NCBI GenBank assembly: GCA_040757295.1
Contig: JBFLXH010000007.1
Span: 35,142-99,141, forward strand
Direction: 5' to 3'
DNA from: Bacillota bacterium
GTDB taxonomy: Bacteria > Bacillota > PH28-bin88
Length of the DNA: 64,000 nt
Shown: in pieces, positions 46,674 through 55,404 of the stretch
How positions within the stretch are numbered: position 1 is the first letter of the stretch
Layout: each line of letters opens with the position of its first letter
Position numbers and translations under genes: made by a program
The notes under the pieces: model-generated
The model's database searches: none
What the model was told of the DNA's origin: nothing
The model's input: only the letters and a program-made list of their open reading frames with translations

Positions 46674-46694
46674 AAAGGGGAAAGAATAATAATT

Positions 46695-46771
46695 GGAACA
46701 ATGAAGTTCCTGAAATGAGGGCAAAGGCGCCCTTGGTAGTAAATTTGACTGCCAAGGGCGTTTTGTTTTTT
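46695..46771 (+). promoter_or_regulatory. glnA leader: ANTAR-type dual-hexaloop antiterminator target overlapping an intrinsic terminator
   Basis: Hairpin 1 is GGAAC-AATGAA-GTTCC. Hairpin 2 is GGGC-AAAGGC-GCCC (hexaloops with A1 and G4). The 3' arm of hairpin 2 is the 5' arm of the terminator CGCCCTTGG...CCAAGGGCG plus TTTTGTTTTTT. Confidence 0.6.
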
Positions 46772-46807
46772 GAAATCTGGTTTTAAAACAAAAGAAAGGG
46801 GATTGGC

Positions 46808-48145
46808 ATGAAAGCAAAACCATCAACTAAGCAAGAAGTAATGAGTTTGGCAAAAGAGTATGATGTCCAGTTCGTTCGCCTGCAGTTTACTGACATTTTC
46901 GGTGTGCTAAAAAATGTTGCTATTACCGTTGACCAGTTGGAAAAAGCCCTTGATGGTGAGTTAATGTTTGACGGGTCTTCTATTCATGGCTTTGTCCGAA
47001 TCGAAGAATCAGATATGTATCTTCGACCAGACCCAGCAACCTTCACCCTTTTTCCTTGGCGGCCACAGGAAGGAACAGTTGCTAGGTTAATTTGTGATGT
47101 TTATAATCCTGATGGGTCTCCTTTTGAGGGTTGTCCAAGACACATATTGAAATCCGCATTAGCTGAAGCTTCAGAAATGGGTTATACCATGAATGTGGGG
47201 CCTGAGGCTGAATTCTTTTTATTCCAGACAGACACCCATGGTCGGCCCACCTTAGAAACCCATGACCGTGCAGGCTATTTTGACCTTTCGCCTATTGATC
47301 AAGGGGAAAATGCACGCCGGGAAATCTGTTTGGCTTTACAAAAGATGGGTTTTGAAATTGAGGCTTCCCATCACGAGGTTGCGCCTGGACAGCACGAAAT
47401 TGATTTCAAATATGCAGACGCTTTAACTACAGCGGACAATATCGTGACCTTTAAGTTTGTTGTACGGACCCTCGCCCAACGACATGGACTACACGCCACA
47501 TTTATGCCTAAACCGATTTTTGGAATTAACGGCTCTGGCATGCATACCAATCAATCTTTAAGCAAAGACGGAATGAATGCCTTTTTTGATCCTACAGGTC
47601 CTTTGCAATTAAGCCAAATAGCGTATTATTATATTGGGGGCTTAATGAAACATGCCAGAGGTTTTGCAGCCATTACAAATCCGACTGTCAACTCGTATAA
47701 GCGGTTAGTGCCTGGTTATGAAGCTCCTGTTTATATTGCCTGGTCAGCTAGAAACCGTAGCCCTCTAATCCGTATTCCAGCTAAACGAGGGGCCTCTACC
47801 AGAGTTGAACTTCGCAATCCGGATCCGGCATGCAACCCGTACCTGGCAATTGCCGTAATGCTGAAAGCCGGGCTGGATGGTATTAAGAACCAGATTCAAC
47901 CGCCCCCATCAACAGACCGAAATATCTATCATATGGACGAGGAAGAACGGGTAAAAGCAGGTATCTTGAGCCTTCCTGGCAGTTTGGCAGAAGCGTTGGA
48001 AGAACTTTCTGCCAACGAAGTAATAAAAAGCGCTTTAGGCGAACATGTATTTAACCGGTTTGTTGAGGCGAAGAAGCTGGAATATGACGAATTTAGGATC
48101 CATGTAACCCAATGGGAAATTGATAAATACCTTACATTATTTTAA
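46808..48145 (+). CDS. glnA: glutamine synthetase type I
   Basis: 445 aa; the GSI beta-grasp and catalytic domains with conserved blocks ([42 protein letters not shown]). Confidence 0.95.
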   Translation: MKAKPSTKQEVMSLAKEYDVQFVRLQFTDIFGVLKNVAITVDQLEKALDGELMFDGSSIHGFVRIEESDMYLRPDPATFTLFPWRPQEGTVARLICDVYNPDGSPFEGCPRHILKSALAEASEMGYTMNVGPEAEFFLFQTDTHGRPTLETHDRAGYFDLSPIDQGENARREICLALQKMGFEIEASHHEVAPGQHEIDFKYADALTTADNIVTFKFVVRTLAQRHGLHATFMPKPIFGINGSGMHTNQSLSKDGMNAFFDPTGPLQLSQIAYYYIGGLMKHARGFAAITNPTVNSYKRLVPGYEAPVYIAWSARNRSPLIRIPAKRGASTRVELRNPDPACNPYLAIAVMLKAGLDGIKNQIQPPPSTDRNIYHMDEEERVKAGILSLPGSLAEALEELSANEVIKSALGEHVFNRFVEAKKLEYDEFRIHVTQWEIDKYLTLF

Positions 48146-48185
48146 ATTTGGTCGGTACATTGAAGTACCATTGAGCAGTGACGCT

Positions 48186-48220
48186 CGGCAAGGTTTTTTA
48201 CCTTGCCGGGCGTCTTTTTT
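48186..48220 (+). terminator. rho-independent terminator after glnA
   Basis: CGGCAAGGT-TTTTT-ACCTTGCCG followed by GGCGTCTTTTTT. Confidence 0.8.
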
Positions 48221-48372
48221 ATAACACATAGGAAATTATGCTCGTTTAAAAAATGTAGATAAGTCATAATTTCCGTAATGTGTTGCAACAAAATCAACCA
48301 CATTAAGTTTTTCAAAAGGAAGATTTTGTTCTAACACATAGGAAATTATGCTCGTTTTAAAAGATGTGGGTT
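48221..48372 (+). repeat. intergenic repeat family 1, copy 2 plus a partial tandem copy
   Basis: Full unit 48221-48330 and a second start (TAACACATAGGAAATTATGCTCGTTTTAAAAGATGTGG) at 48331-48372. Same two hairpins as copy 1, with compensatory substitutions. Confidence 0.8.
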
Positions 48373-48434
48373 CGAAAATACTCTTTAGGAGCATTAACGA
48401 GAAAACTTTAAATCATTGAGGGAGGCTAGATAAG

Positions 48435-49811
48435 ATGTCTAAAAAATGGATTAATCTTATGCGCACAGGTTTGTTAGGGGTGTTATTTTGGGTTCTTGCT
48501 GGGATTGCAGTGGCTGATACAGGGGACATAACTGCTGGGGAAATAGCTTTTGCGGTGGATACCCTTTGGACTCTTTTAGCAGGTTTTATGGTTTTTTTCA
48601 TGCATGCTGGATTTACCATGGTGGAAACCGGTTTTACTCGTGCAAAAAATGCAGTAAATATCATTATGAAAAATATTTTAACTATTTCCTCTGGAGTTAT
48701 TATTTTCTATGCTATTGGCTTTGCCATTGCCTTTGGGCCCTCGTTGGGCGGTTTTATAGGTACCAAGGGATTTGGCCTAATTGGTTTAGAAGGAGCAGAT
48801 TTTGGGGTGCCACTTACTGGCTTTTGGTTTTTCCAGGCAGTTTTCGCGGCTACAGCAGCTACGATTGTTTCCGGTGCTGTGGCTGAAAGAACCAAATTTA
48901 GTGCATATCTTTTATTCACTGTTATTATTACCTCGATAACTTATCCAGTGGTAGTGCATTGGGTATGGGGTGGGGGATGGCTGTCCGAACTTGGATTTGT
49001 TGACTTCGCAGGCTCAACGGTCGTTCATAGTGTTGGCGGGTGGTCTGCTCTGGTAGGCGCAGCTTTGGTTGGGGCAAGGATTGGTAAATATGGAACCAAG
49101 GGAGAGGTAAAAGCAATACCTGGCCATAACATACCTTTTGGCGCCCTGGGCGTGCTGATATTGTGGTTTGGCTGGTTCGGTTTTAATTGTGGTAGCACTT
49201 TGTCTGGGACAGATGAGGCCATTTCAAGCATAGCCGCGACAACAATTTTATCTGCCTCAGCGGCTACTGTTTCTGCCATGGCAATAACCTGGCTTAGGTA
49301 TGGGAAACCTGACATCAGTCTTACATTAAACGGTGCCTTGGGTGGGTTAGTAGGGATTACTGCTGGCGCTGCTTCGGTCACCCTCGGAGGCTCTTTACTG
49401 GTAGGGTTGTTTTCAGGGGCTTTGCTAGTATTGGCAGTAGAGTTTATTGATCAAAAACTAAAAATAGACGATCCCGTAGGGGCTATATCTGTTCATGGTG
49501 TGTGCGGCGCTTTTGGAACATTGGCAGTTGGGCTGTTTTCTTCAGAAGCCGGTTTATTTTACGGTGGTGGTACCAGCCTTTTGGCAATTCAGGCGGCTGG
49601 CGTTTTTGCCGTGGGTATTTGGGTAATTCTGATCAGCTTCTTAGCCTTTAAATTAATTGGCTGGGTAGTAGGGTTAAGGGTATCGCCAGAAGAGGAGATA
49701 GAGGGACTTGATGTGGGAGAACACGGTATTTCGGCTTATGGAAATTTGGCGGGCAAAACTGGCCATCCCATTGGAGAAGCTATTGTTGCAAATACCCCAA
49801 TCAGTATCTAA
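48435..49811 (+). CDS. amt: ammonium transporter (Amt family)
   Basis: 11-TM Amt/MEP signature blocks ([23 protein letters not shown]); 458 aa. Confidence 0.9.
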   Translation: MSKKWINLMRTGLLGVLFWVLAGIAVADTGDITAGEIAFAVDTLWTLLAGFMVFFMHAGFTMVETGFTRAKNAVNIIMKNILTISSGVIIFYAIGFAIAFGPSLGGFIGTKGFGLIGLEGADFGVPLTGFWFFQAVFAATAATIVSGAVAERTKFSAYLLFTVIITSITYPVVVHWVWGGGWLSELGFVDFAGSTVVHSVGGWSALVGAALVGARIGKYGTKGEVKAIPGHNIPFGALGVLILWFGWFGFNCGSTLSGTDEAISSIAATTILSASAATVSAMAITWLRYGKPDISLTLNGALGGLVGITAGAASVTLGGSLLVGLFSGALLVLAVEFIDQKLKIDDPVGAISVHGVCGAFGTLAVGLFSSEAGLFYGGGTSLLAIQAAGVFAVGIWVILISFLAFKLIGWVVGLRVSPEEEIEGLDVGEHGISAYGNLAGKTGHPIGEAIVANTPISI

Positions 49812-49830
49812 TAGGCGGAGGTGCTTTATA

Positions 49831-50169
49831 ATGAAAAAGATCGAGTGTATTTTTAGGCCTTCGAAACTTGAGCAGGTGAAGGAAGCCTTAAGTATGTATG
49901 GTATCAACGGAATGACTGTAACCCATGTCATTGGATGTGGCATACAGAAAGGTAAAACAGAGCTTTATCGCGGGAGTGAATACAGCCTTGATCTCCTGCC
50001 TAAAGTAAAGATAGAGATAATAATCAAAGACGAATTAGTTAGACAGGTAATTGACATTATTTCTTCTGCGGCAAAGACAGGTCAAATAGGTGATGGGAAA
50101 ATATTTGTGTATGATGTAGAAACAGCTATTCGCATTCGAACGGGAGAAACAGGCGATGATGCCATCTAA
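49831..50169 (+). CDS. glnK: nitrogen regulatory protein P-II
   Basis: 112 aa; [13 protein letters not shown]...[23 protein letters not shown] signatures. ATG 49831 with RBS GGAGGTG (the ORF track start at 49708 is an upstream artefact). Confidence 0.9.
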   Translation: MKKIECIFRPSKLEQVKEALSMYGINGMTVTHVIGCGIQKGKTELYRGSEYSLDLLPKVKIEIIIKDELVRQVIDIISSAAKTGQIGDGKIFVYDVETAIRIRTGETGDDAI

Positions 50170-50215
50170 TCGTAAGGAAGACTCTTTGCCATAATAAAAA
50201 TTTCCCATAGACAAA

Positions 50216-50253
50216 AAACGGGCGCACTGGCAATCAGGCGCCCGTTTTTTTTT
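50216..50253 (+). terminator. rho-independent terminator after glnK
   Basis: AACGGGCGC...GCGCCCGTT hairpin followed by TTTTTTTTTG. Confidence 0.8.
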
Positions 50254-50388
50254 GTTGTTTCTGGATAGAATACAAAGAACAAAGTTGTTATTAAGAGAAT
50301 TAACGTAAATTTTATATTTTGGCTTTCCTGGCACAACTATAAATTTAACAATTTGCTGTTATTGTGGTAGTCAAAGGGGGTTTTTTCA

Positions 50389-51096
50389 ATGCATACAGCT
50401 GATGCCCAGAGTCTTTGTTTGTCGTTGAAGTGGGCAGGTATTAAAAAAATAATATTTTCAACCCCTCTTTTTGGCGATGATTGCGAGCAGGAAAATACCC
50501 ATATTTTCTGTAATCATCAAGCGCTTCAAATATTGGCAAATGACGGTTATGAAGGACCTACAAGCCAACTGAAAAAATATTTAATCCAATTAGACAAAGG
50601 AGTACAATGGGCAGATAGAGGAAAAGGAAGTATTAATCACCACTATAATCCAAGTTCTGGTAAAGGGCTGTGGCACTGGGCATCTGCTGCGGCTACCTGT
50701 GCCTTTTTTTACTCAAAAGCCTTTGGGCTGTGGGAAAGAGGATTTTTTGAACAAGCAATGTTTTTTTTAGGAGCCAGTACTCATTTGATACAGGATGTGT
50801 GCGCGCCCCACCATGCCCGCTGCCAAGTTCTAGACGGGCACCAGCGTTTCGAACGTTGGGTAAGCAACAGGGTTCATAGTTTTAGGGTTTTTAGGAATGG
50901 TATTTACCAGTTAAAAAGGCCGCCAGAGGAATGGATATCTATAAATGCCACGGAGGGCTATCAGGGATACTCTCTTGTCAGACTAGGCAACAGTAGCAAG
51001 GACTACCACCAAGCGGCATCTCATTTGCTCGCATTGGCACAGAGAAGCACTGCGGGTTTTTGGCTGTCATTTCTCGAAAAAGCCAGAATAATCTAG
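50389..51096 (+). CDS. zinc-dependent phospholipase C family protein (no signal peptide)
   Basis: Zn_dep_PLPC-like motifs (WHWASAA, HLIQDVCAPHH); 235 aa; cytoplasmic by sequence. Confidence 0.6.
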   Translation: MHTADAQSLCLSLKWAGIKKIIFSTPLFGDDCEQENTHIFCNHQALQILANDGYEGPTSQLKKYLIQLDKGVQWADRGKGSINHHYNPSSGKGLWHWASAAATCAFFYSKAFGLWERGFFEQAMFFLGASTHLIQDVCAPHHARCQVLDGHQRFERWVSNRVHSFRVFRNGIYQLKRPPEEWISINATEGYQGYSLVRLGNSSKDYHQAASHLLALAQRSTAGFWLSFLEKARII

Positions 51097-51132
51097 TGTA
51101 ATTAATTAGTTGCTGGGGAAGAGGGTTAATTT

Positions 51133-52311
51133 ATGCCTTTGGCAGATATTTTACTGCTGACAGCCCCTTTTGGGGGGGGACATCTTCATGCTGGTATGGC
51201 ATTGGAACATGCCTTTCAGCGATTTTTCCCTGAGGTAAAAGTAGCCTCATTTGATTTTGTTAAGGAAATAAGTCCATGGCTGGCAGGGTCCGCTAACTCC
51301 CTGTTGCTTGCTACCATAAGGTTTAAACCGGAATTATACGGGTCTTTTTACAACTATGTAGACAGGCTACCCCATGATTCATCTCTGCAAAAAGGATTGA
51401 ATCGAATAGGCTTAAACAAAGGCGCAAAACTTTTAGAGGATATTCAACCGCAGGTGGTGGTTTCTTTTTATCCGACCCCCTCCCAGGTTGTAGGAGATCT
51501 CAAGGGTAAGGGACAGTTTAAGGGCCAATTGGTGACAGTTATAACTGATTATGCTGTAAATAAGCAATGGATTCATCCGCTGACAGACCTGTACTTGGTT
51601 GCGGCTACTGAGGTAAAAAATGAGCTGACAGCCTGCGGGGTATCCGATGATAAAATCAAAGTGACCGGTATTCCTATTTCTCTGGATTTTGCTCAGGAAA
51701 AGATCAGAAATGAACTTTTAAAAACCCACGGTTTAGATCAGAGCCTCCCTCTTTTGCTGATCTGCTGTGGGGCATTTGGCGTTATCAGAGGTATTGAGGA
51801 GTTATGCAGAGAAATATCCTCTTACAAGGCCTCCCTGCAAAGCGTTATAATTGCTGGTAGGAACTTTCGGTTGCAACGGCGTCTGGAGGCTATTGCCCAA
51901 AGAGCTAAACACCCTTTTTATGTATATGGGTATGTTAAAGATATGGCTGATTGGATGGCAATGGCAGACATTGTTGTTAGTAAATCTGGCGGTTTAACTG
52001 TAAGTGAGGCATTAGCGTGTGAGCTTCCAATGGTAATTATTCCTCCTCTTCCAGGTCAAGAAACAGCTAATGCCCAATACCTTCTTAACTATGGAGCAGC
52101 TGTCTGTTGCGACGATATTTCTCAAATTCCACAAGTAATATTGCATCTGTTGACAAAACCTTCAGAGATGCAAAAAATGCGATGCTCGGCACGAGAGATA
52201 AAAAAACCCTTTGCAGCTAAACATGCGGCTTCAGTGATAGCTGGAATGCTGTCTTGTATTCATTCAGAAAGGGAAGCACAGAAACTGATGGTCGGAGCAT
52301 CTTTTTTATAA
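51133..52311 (+). CDS. diacylglycerol glycosyltransferase (MGDG synthase / UgtP-like, GT28 family)
   Basis: MGDG_synth N-terminal domain (LLLTAPFGGGHLHAG) and a C-terminal GT-B domain; 392 aa. Confidence 0.75.
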   Translation: MPLADILLLTAPFGGGHLHAGMALEHAFQRFFPEVKVASFDFVKEISPWLAGSANSLLLATIRFKPELYGSFYNYVDRLPHDSSLQKGLNRIGLNKGAKLLEDIQPQVVVSFYPTPSQVVGDLKGKGQFKGQLVTVITDYAVNKQWIHPLTDLYLVAATEVKNELTACGVSDDKIKVTGIPISLDFAQEKIRNELLKTHGLDQSLPLLLICCGAFGVIRGIEELCREISSYKASLQSVIIAGRNFRLQRRLEAIAQRAKHPFYVYGYVKDMADWMAMADIVVSKSGGLTVSEALACELPMVIIPPLPGQETANAQYLLNYGAAVCCDDISQIPQVILHLLTKPSEMQKMRCSAREIKKPFAAKHAASVIAGMLSCIHSEREAQKLMVGASFL

Positions 52312-52410
52312 CACAAAGGAAATTAGGCTCGTTTAAAATATTTGGATAAGTCATAATTTCCGTTTCAACAAAATCCACCACACTAAGTGTTCCAAAGGAA
52401 GATTTTGTTC
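52308..52410 (+). repeat. intergenic repeat family 1, copy 3 (hairpin-1 3' arm partly deleted)
   Basis: ATAACACAAAGGAAATTAGGCTCGTTTAAAATATTTGGATAAGTCATAATTTCC ... GATTTTGTTC. The 5' end supplies the stop codon of the glycosyltransferase gene. Confidence 0.75.
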
Positions 52411-52446
52411 TGATATGTTCCTTAATATTTACCTGGAGGTGTTTTT

Positions 52447-52599
52447 ATGAAATTTAATCATGTAAACCTGCTTAACCGGGAAAGGGCGCTGCTATTGGAT
52501 AAATGGCTTTTGGAGCCCCAATCTAGACCAAAAATTTTGGCAAGGATAATGGAGCTAGAAGAAGAGATATCAATACATATGGAGAAGACTAGAAACAGT
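52447..52599 (+). CDS. small hypothetical ORF (50 aa) immediately downstream of repeat copy 3
   Basis: RBS GGAGG 7 nt upstream of the ATG; followed by CGGCTTTGCA...TGCAAAGCCG hairpin; no family recognised. Confidence 0.3.
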
Positions 52600-52785
52600 T
52601 AATAAAAAACAATACGGCTTTGCAAAAGAGGATGCAAAGCCGCAGTGTTTCTTCCAGCAAAAATCATTTTCCTTATCGCAAAAAAATTGTTTCCCCGTAC
52701 CAGCAGGTCTTTTCAAGTCTTTGAGGCTATTGGCTTAATAATTGCTTGGTTATTATAAAAATATTGTCAGAAAGCAGGAGGGGAT

Positions 52786-53748
52786 ATGGAAGTGAAGTCG
52801 CAAGTGATAGTTACTGACTTTCCTTGGAAGGATTTGTCCTGTGAACAAAACATTCTTTTACCTCAGGATATAGAGCTTGTTGGTTTTCAATGTAATACTG
52901 AAGAAGAAGTATTGGCTGCCTGTAAGGATGCGGACGGAGTTATTACCAACCTGAGCCCGATTTCGGCACAGGTCATCCAGGGAATGAAAAAATGCAGGGT
53001 TATTTCCAGATATGGGGTTGGATATAACAATGTGGACATCAAAGCTGCTTCAAATAAAGGTATCATTGTGTGCAATGTTCCAGATTATTGCTTTGATGAA
53101 GTGGCGGATCATGCCTTCGCATTAATGTTAGCTTTGGCAAGAAAATTAAACGCCTGTATTCAAGGTGCTAGGGATGGTTCATGGAATTACTCCTTGTATA
53201 AGCCAATTTTTAGGTTAAGAGGTAAAGTTTTGGGTCTTGTTGGTTTTGGAAGTATTGCTCGTAACCTAGCCCGAAAAGCTCAATCCTTTGGTCTTAAAAT
53301 TGTTGCTTTTGATCCCTATGTTTCCCATGAGAAAATGGAGCAATTAGCAGTTTCCCCTGTTGATTTAGATCACCTGTGCCGTGTATCTGATATTGTTTCC
53401 ATTCATGTGCCTTTGACGGATTCCACCAGGGGCTTAATTGGCCAACGACAGCTTGAAAAAATGAAACCTACTGCTATATTGATTAATACTGCTCGCGGGC
53501 CGGTGGTGGATGAAGACGCCCTAATAAATGCCCTTCAAGCAAAAATGATTGCAGGCGCGGGTTTGGATGTGGTAAAAAAAGAACCGATTGACGTTAATAA
53601 CCCATTACTTATAATGCCTAATGTTATTGTAACTCCCCACATGAGTTGGTATTCTGAAGAGGCAGAAGAAGAATTGCGAATGAAAGCAGCAAATAATGTC
53701 CTTTCCGTTCTAAAGGGGGGCAACCCTAGGTACCGGGTCAACAGCTGA
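52786..53748 (+). CDS. D-isomer-specific 2-hydroxyacid dehydrogenase family protein
   Basis: GLVGFGSIARNLARK NAD-binding motif; catalytic Arg/Glu/His pattern; 320 aa. Confidence 0.85.
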   Translation: MEVKSQVIVTDFPWKDLSCEQNILLPQDIELVGFQCNTEEEVLAACKDADGVITNLSPISAQVIQGMKKCRVISRYGVGYNNVDIKAASNKGIIVCNVPDYCFDEVADHAFALMLALARKLNACIQGARDGSWNYSLYKPIFRLRGKVLGLVGFGSIARNLARKAQSFGLKIVAFDPYVSHEKMEQLAVSPVDLDHLCRVSDIVSIHVPLTDSTRGLIGQRQLEKMKPTAILINTARGPVVDEDALINALQAKMIAGAGLDVVKKEPIDVNNPLLIMPNVIVTPHMSWYSEEAEEELRMKAANNVLSVLKGGNPRYRVNS

Positions 53749-53859
53749 AAAAGGACAGAATTGATTGAGGCGAAAAGCGCGGTTTATTTTGGTGGTGGAC
53801 GAGGTTGGAATTAAATGGAGATATTGACTAAAGCTTATATATTATGATATTATAATTTT

Positions 53860-54133
53860 GAGCTTTGCAAAATATTGGCTGAAACAGTCAATCCATCAGA
53901 TCGCTGAGTTTCCTTTTCTTAAAAAGGAAAGCGGGGGACCTAATTTTTTGGGGCTAATCCGGCGAAAATTGGCCATAAAATGGCCAAAATTGCGCTGGAC
54001 GGGTGAATCCTCTTCGATCCGAGCCCGTCAACTAACCTCGTAAGCGTGGGAGAAGGAGGTGGATTGGGTTTAGCAGCAGCATTGCTTGTCGATGTTGTTT
54101 TGCTGCTTTTCCCACCCAAGGAGATGCCTCCTT
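53860..54133 (+). promoter_or_regulatory. structured ~270-nt leader ending in an intrinsic terminator (54103-54133), immediately upstream of ODH-family/B12-domain operon; candidate riboswitch or attenuator of unknown class
   Basis: Hairpins TTTCCTTTT-CTTA-AAAAGGAAA, TTGGCCAT-AAA-ATGGCCAA and GACGGG..CCCGTC. Then CCCAAGGAG-ATGC-CTCCTTGGG plus TTATTTTTT, 25 nt before the ORF. Confidence 0.5.
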
Positions 54134-54157
54134 GGGTTATTTTTTCCTCCCGATTAG

Positions 54158-55375
54158 ATGGGTGCAAGCATGGAAGAAAAGGAGGGATGTAGGGTGAAAA
54201 ATCAACGGAAACAAAAGCCTGGTGAGCGCAGAGTCAATTTATTTCCGTTAGGTTCCCATCACTCGTTTCCGCGCTTCAGCATTATCGGTGCAGGTAACGG
54301 GGGTATGGCCATGGCAGGGCATTTGGCTTTGGCTGGTTTTCCCGTTAAGCTGTTTAATCGGAATCCGGCTAAACTAGCGGGGGTAATTCATGAGGGAGGT
54401 ATTCGTTTAAAAGGCCAGATTGAAGGTTTTGCTCATATTCCCAAAGTTACGAGCGATCCACGGGAGGCTGTCGCAGATGCAGATGTTTTGATGGTTGTTG
54501 TGCCTGCTTCCGGTCACAGAGTAATAGCAAAAATCCTTGCACCTTATCTAAAGGACGGCCAGATTGTAGTCTTGAACCCCGGGCGTACTCTGGGGGCGTT
54601 GGAGTTTGAGCACATAATTGTCGAAGCAGGATGCCAGGCCAGCGTAGTTGTCGCCGAGGCACAAAGCCTCTTGTATGCCAGTAGGATAACCAATGCGGCG
54701 GAGGTTACTATTTTTGGGATAAAAAATACGGTACCTGTTGCGGCTATACCAGCCTGGCAAACTGAGCGGGTCACCAAAATCCTGAATTTGGCCTTTCCTC
54801 AGTTTATACAGGCTGCCCATGTGCTTCAAACCAGTTTGGACAACGTTGGCGCTGTACTGCATCCCGCCCCGACTATTTTAAATATGGCCAGAATTGAGTC
54901 GGGTGAAACCTTTGAGTATTACCATCAAGGAATTACACCGAGGATTGCTCGGATTGTTGAACAACTGGATCAGGAACGATTATCCATTGCTAAGGCATTA
55001 GGCTTGGAGACAATGAGCACCAAAGAGTGGTTGGAAAAAGCCTATGGAGCAACAGGAGAAGATTTGTACGAGGCAATCCTAAACAATGTTGGTTACAGCG
55101 GGATACTAGCTCCTAGCAGCATGCCAACCAGGTATATTACGGAGGATGTGCCAACTGGTCTTGTGCCTTTGGCAGCCCTTGGCGAATTGACCGGTGTTGC
55201 CACGCCTACTATAAACAGCCTAATCAATATGGCTTCTTTTGCTGAAGGTGCCGATTATTGGACAGAAGGCAGGAGTTTGCAAAACTTAGGGCTTGCCGGT
55301 AAAGGCCTGGAGGAAATCTTTGCATATATTCTGGAAGGGAGGGAAGGCCTATTTCCAAGAGTATCAAACGTCTAA
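54158..55375 (+). CDS. NAD(P)-dependent opine dehydrogenase family oxidoreductase (octopine/nopaline DH-like); start uncertain
   Basis: Rossmann IIGAGNGGMAMAGHLA plus a C-terminal ODH-type domain. Alternative GTG start at 54195 after AAGGAGGG. Confidence 0.65.
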   Translation: MGASMEEKEGCRVKNQRKQKPGERRVNLFPLGSHHSFPRFSIIGAGNGGMAMAGHLALAGFPVKLFNRNPAKLAGVIHEGGIRLKGQIEGFAHIPKVTSDPREAVADADVLMVVVPASGHRVIAKILAPYLKDGQIVVLNPGRTLGALEFEHIIVEAGCQASVVVAEAQSLLYASRITNAAEVTIFGIKNTVPVAAIPAWQTERVTKILNLAFPQFIQAAHVLQTSLDNVGAVLHPAPTILNMARIESGETFEYYHQGITPRIARIVEQLDQERLSIAKALGLETMSTKEWLEKAYGATGEDLYEAILNNVGYSGILAPSSMPTRYITEDVPTGLVPLAALGELTGVATPTINSLINMASFAEGADYWTEGRSLQNLGLAGKGLEEIFAYILEGREGLFPRVSNV

Positions 55376-55404
55376 AAAAGCCAGGCAAATTACTGACCGC
55401 AGCG

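Noticed and set aside
46180-46689. 169-aa ORF spanning the cotF-like 3' end and glnA leader
   Set aside because: It overlaps a better-supported gene in another frame and the glnA promoter/leader. It has no RBS and a low-complexity translation.
49708-49830. N-terminal extension of glnK proposed by ORF track (start 49708 inside the amt 3' end)
   Set aside because: The P-II family N-terminus MKKIECIF begins at ATG 49831 with a perfect RBS. The upstream extension overlaps amt and has no homology.
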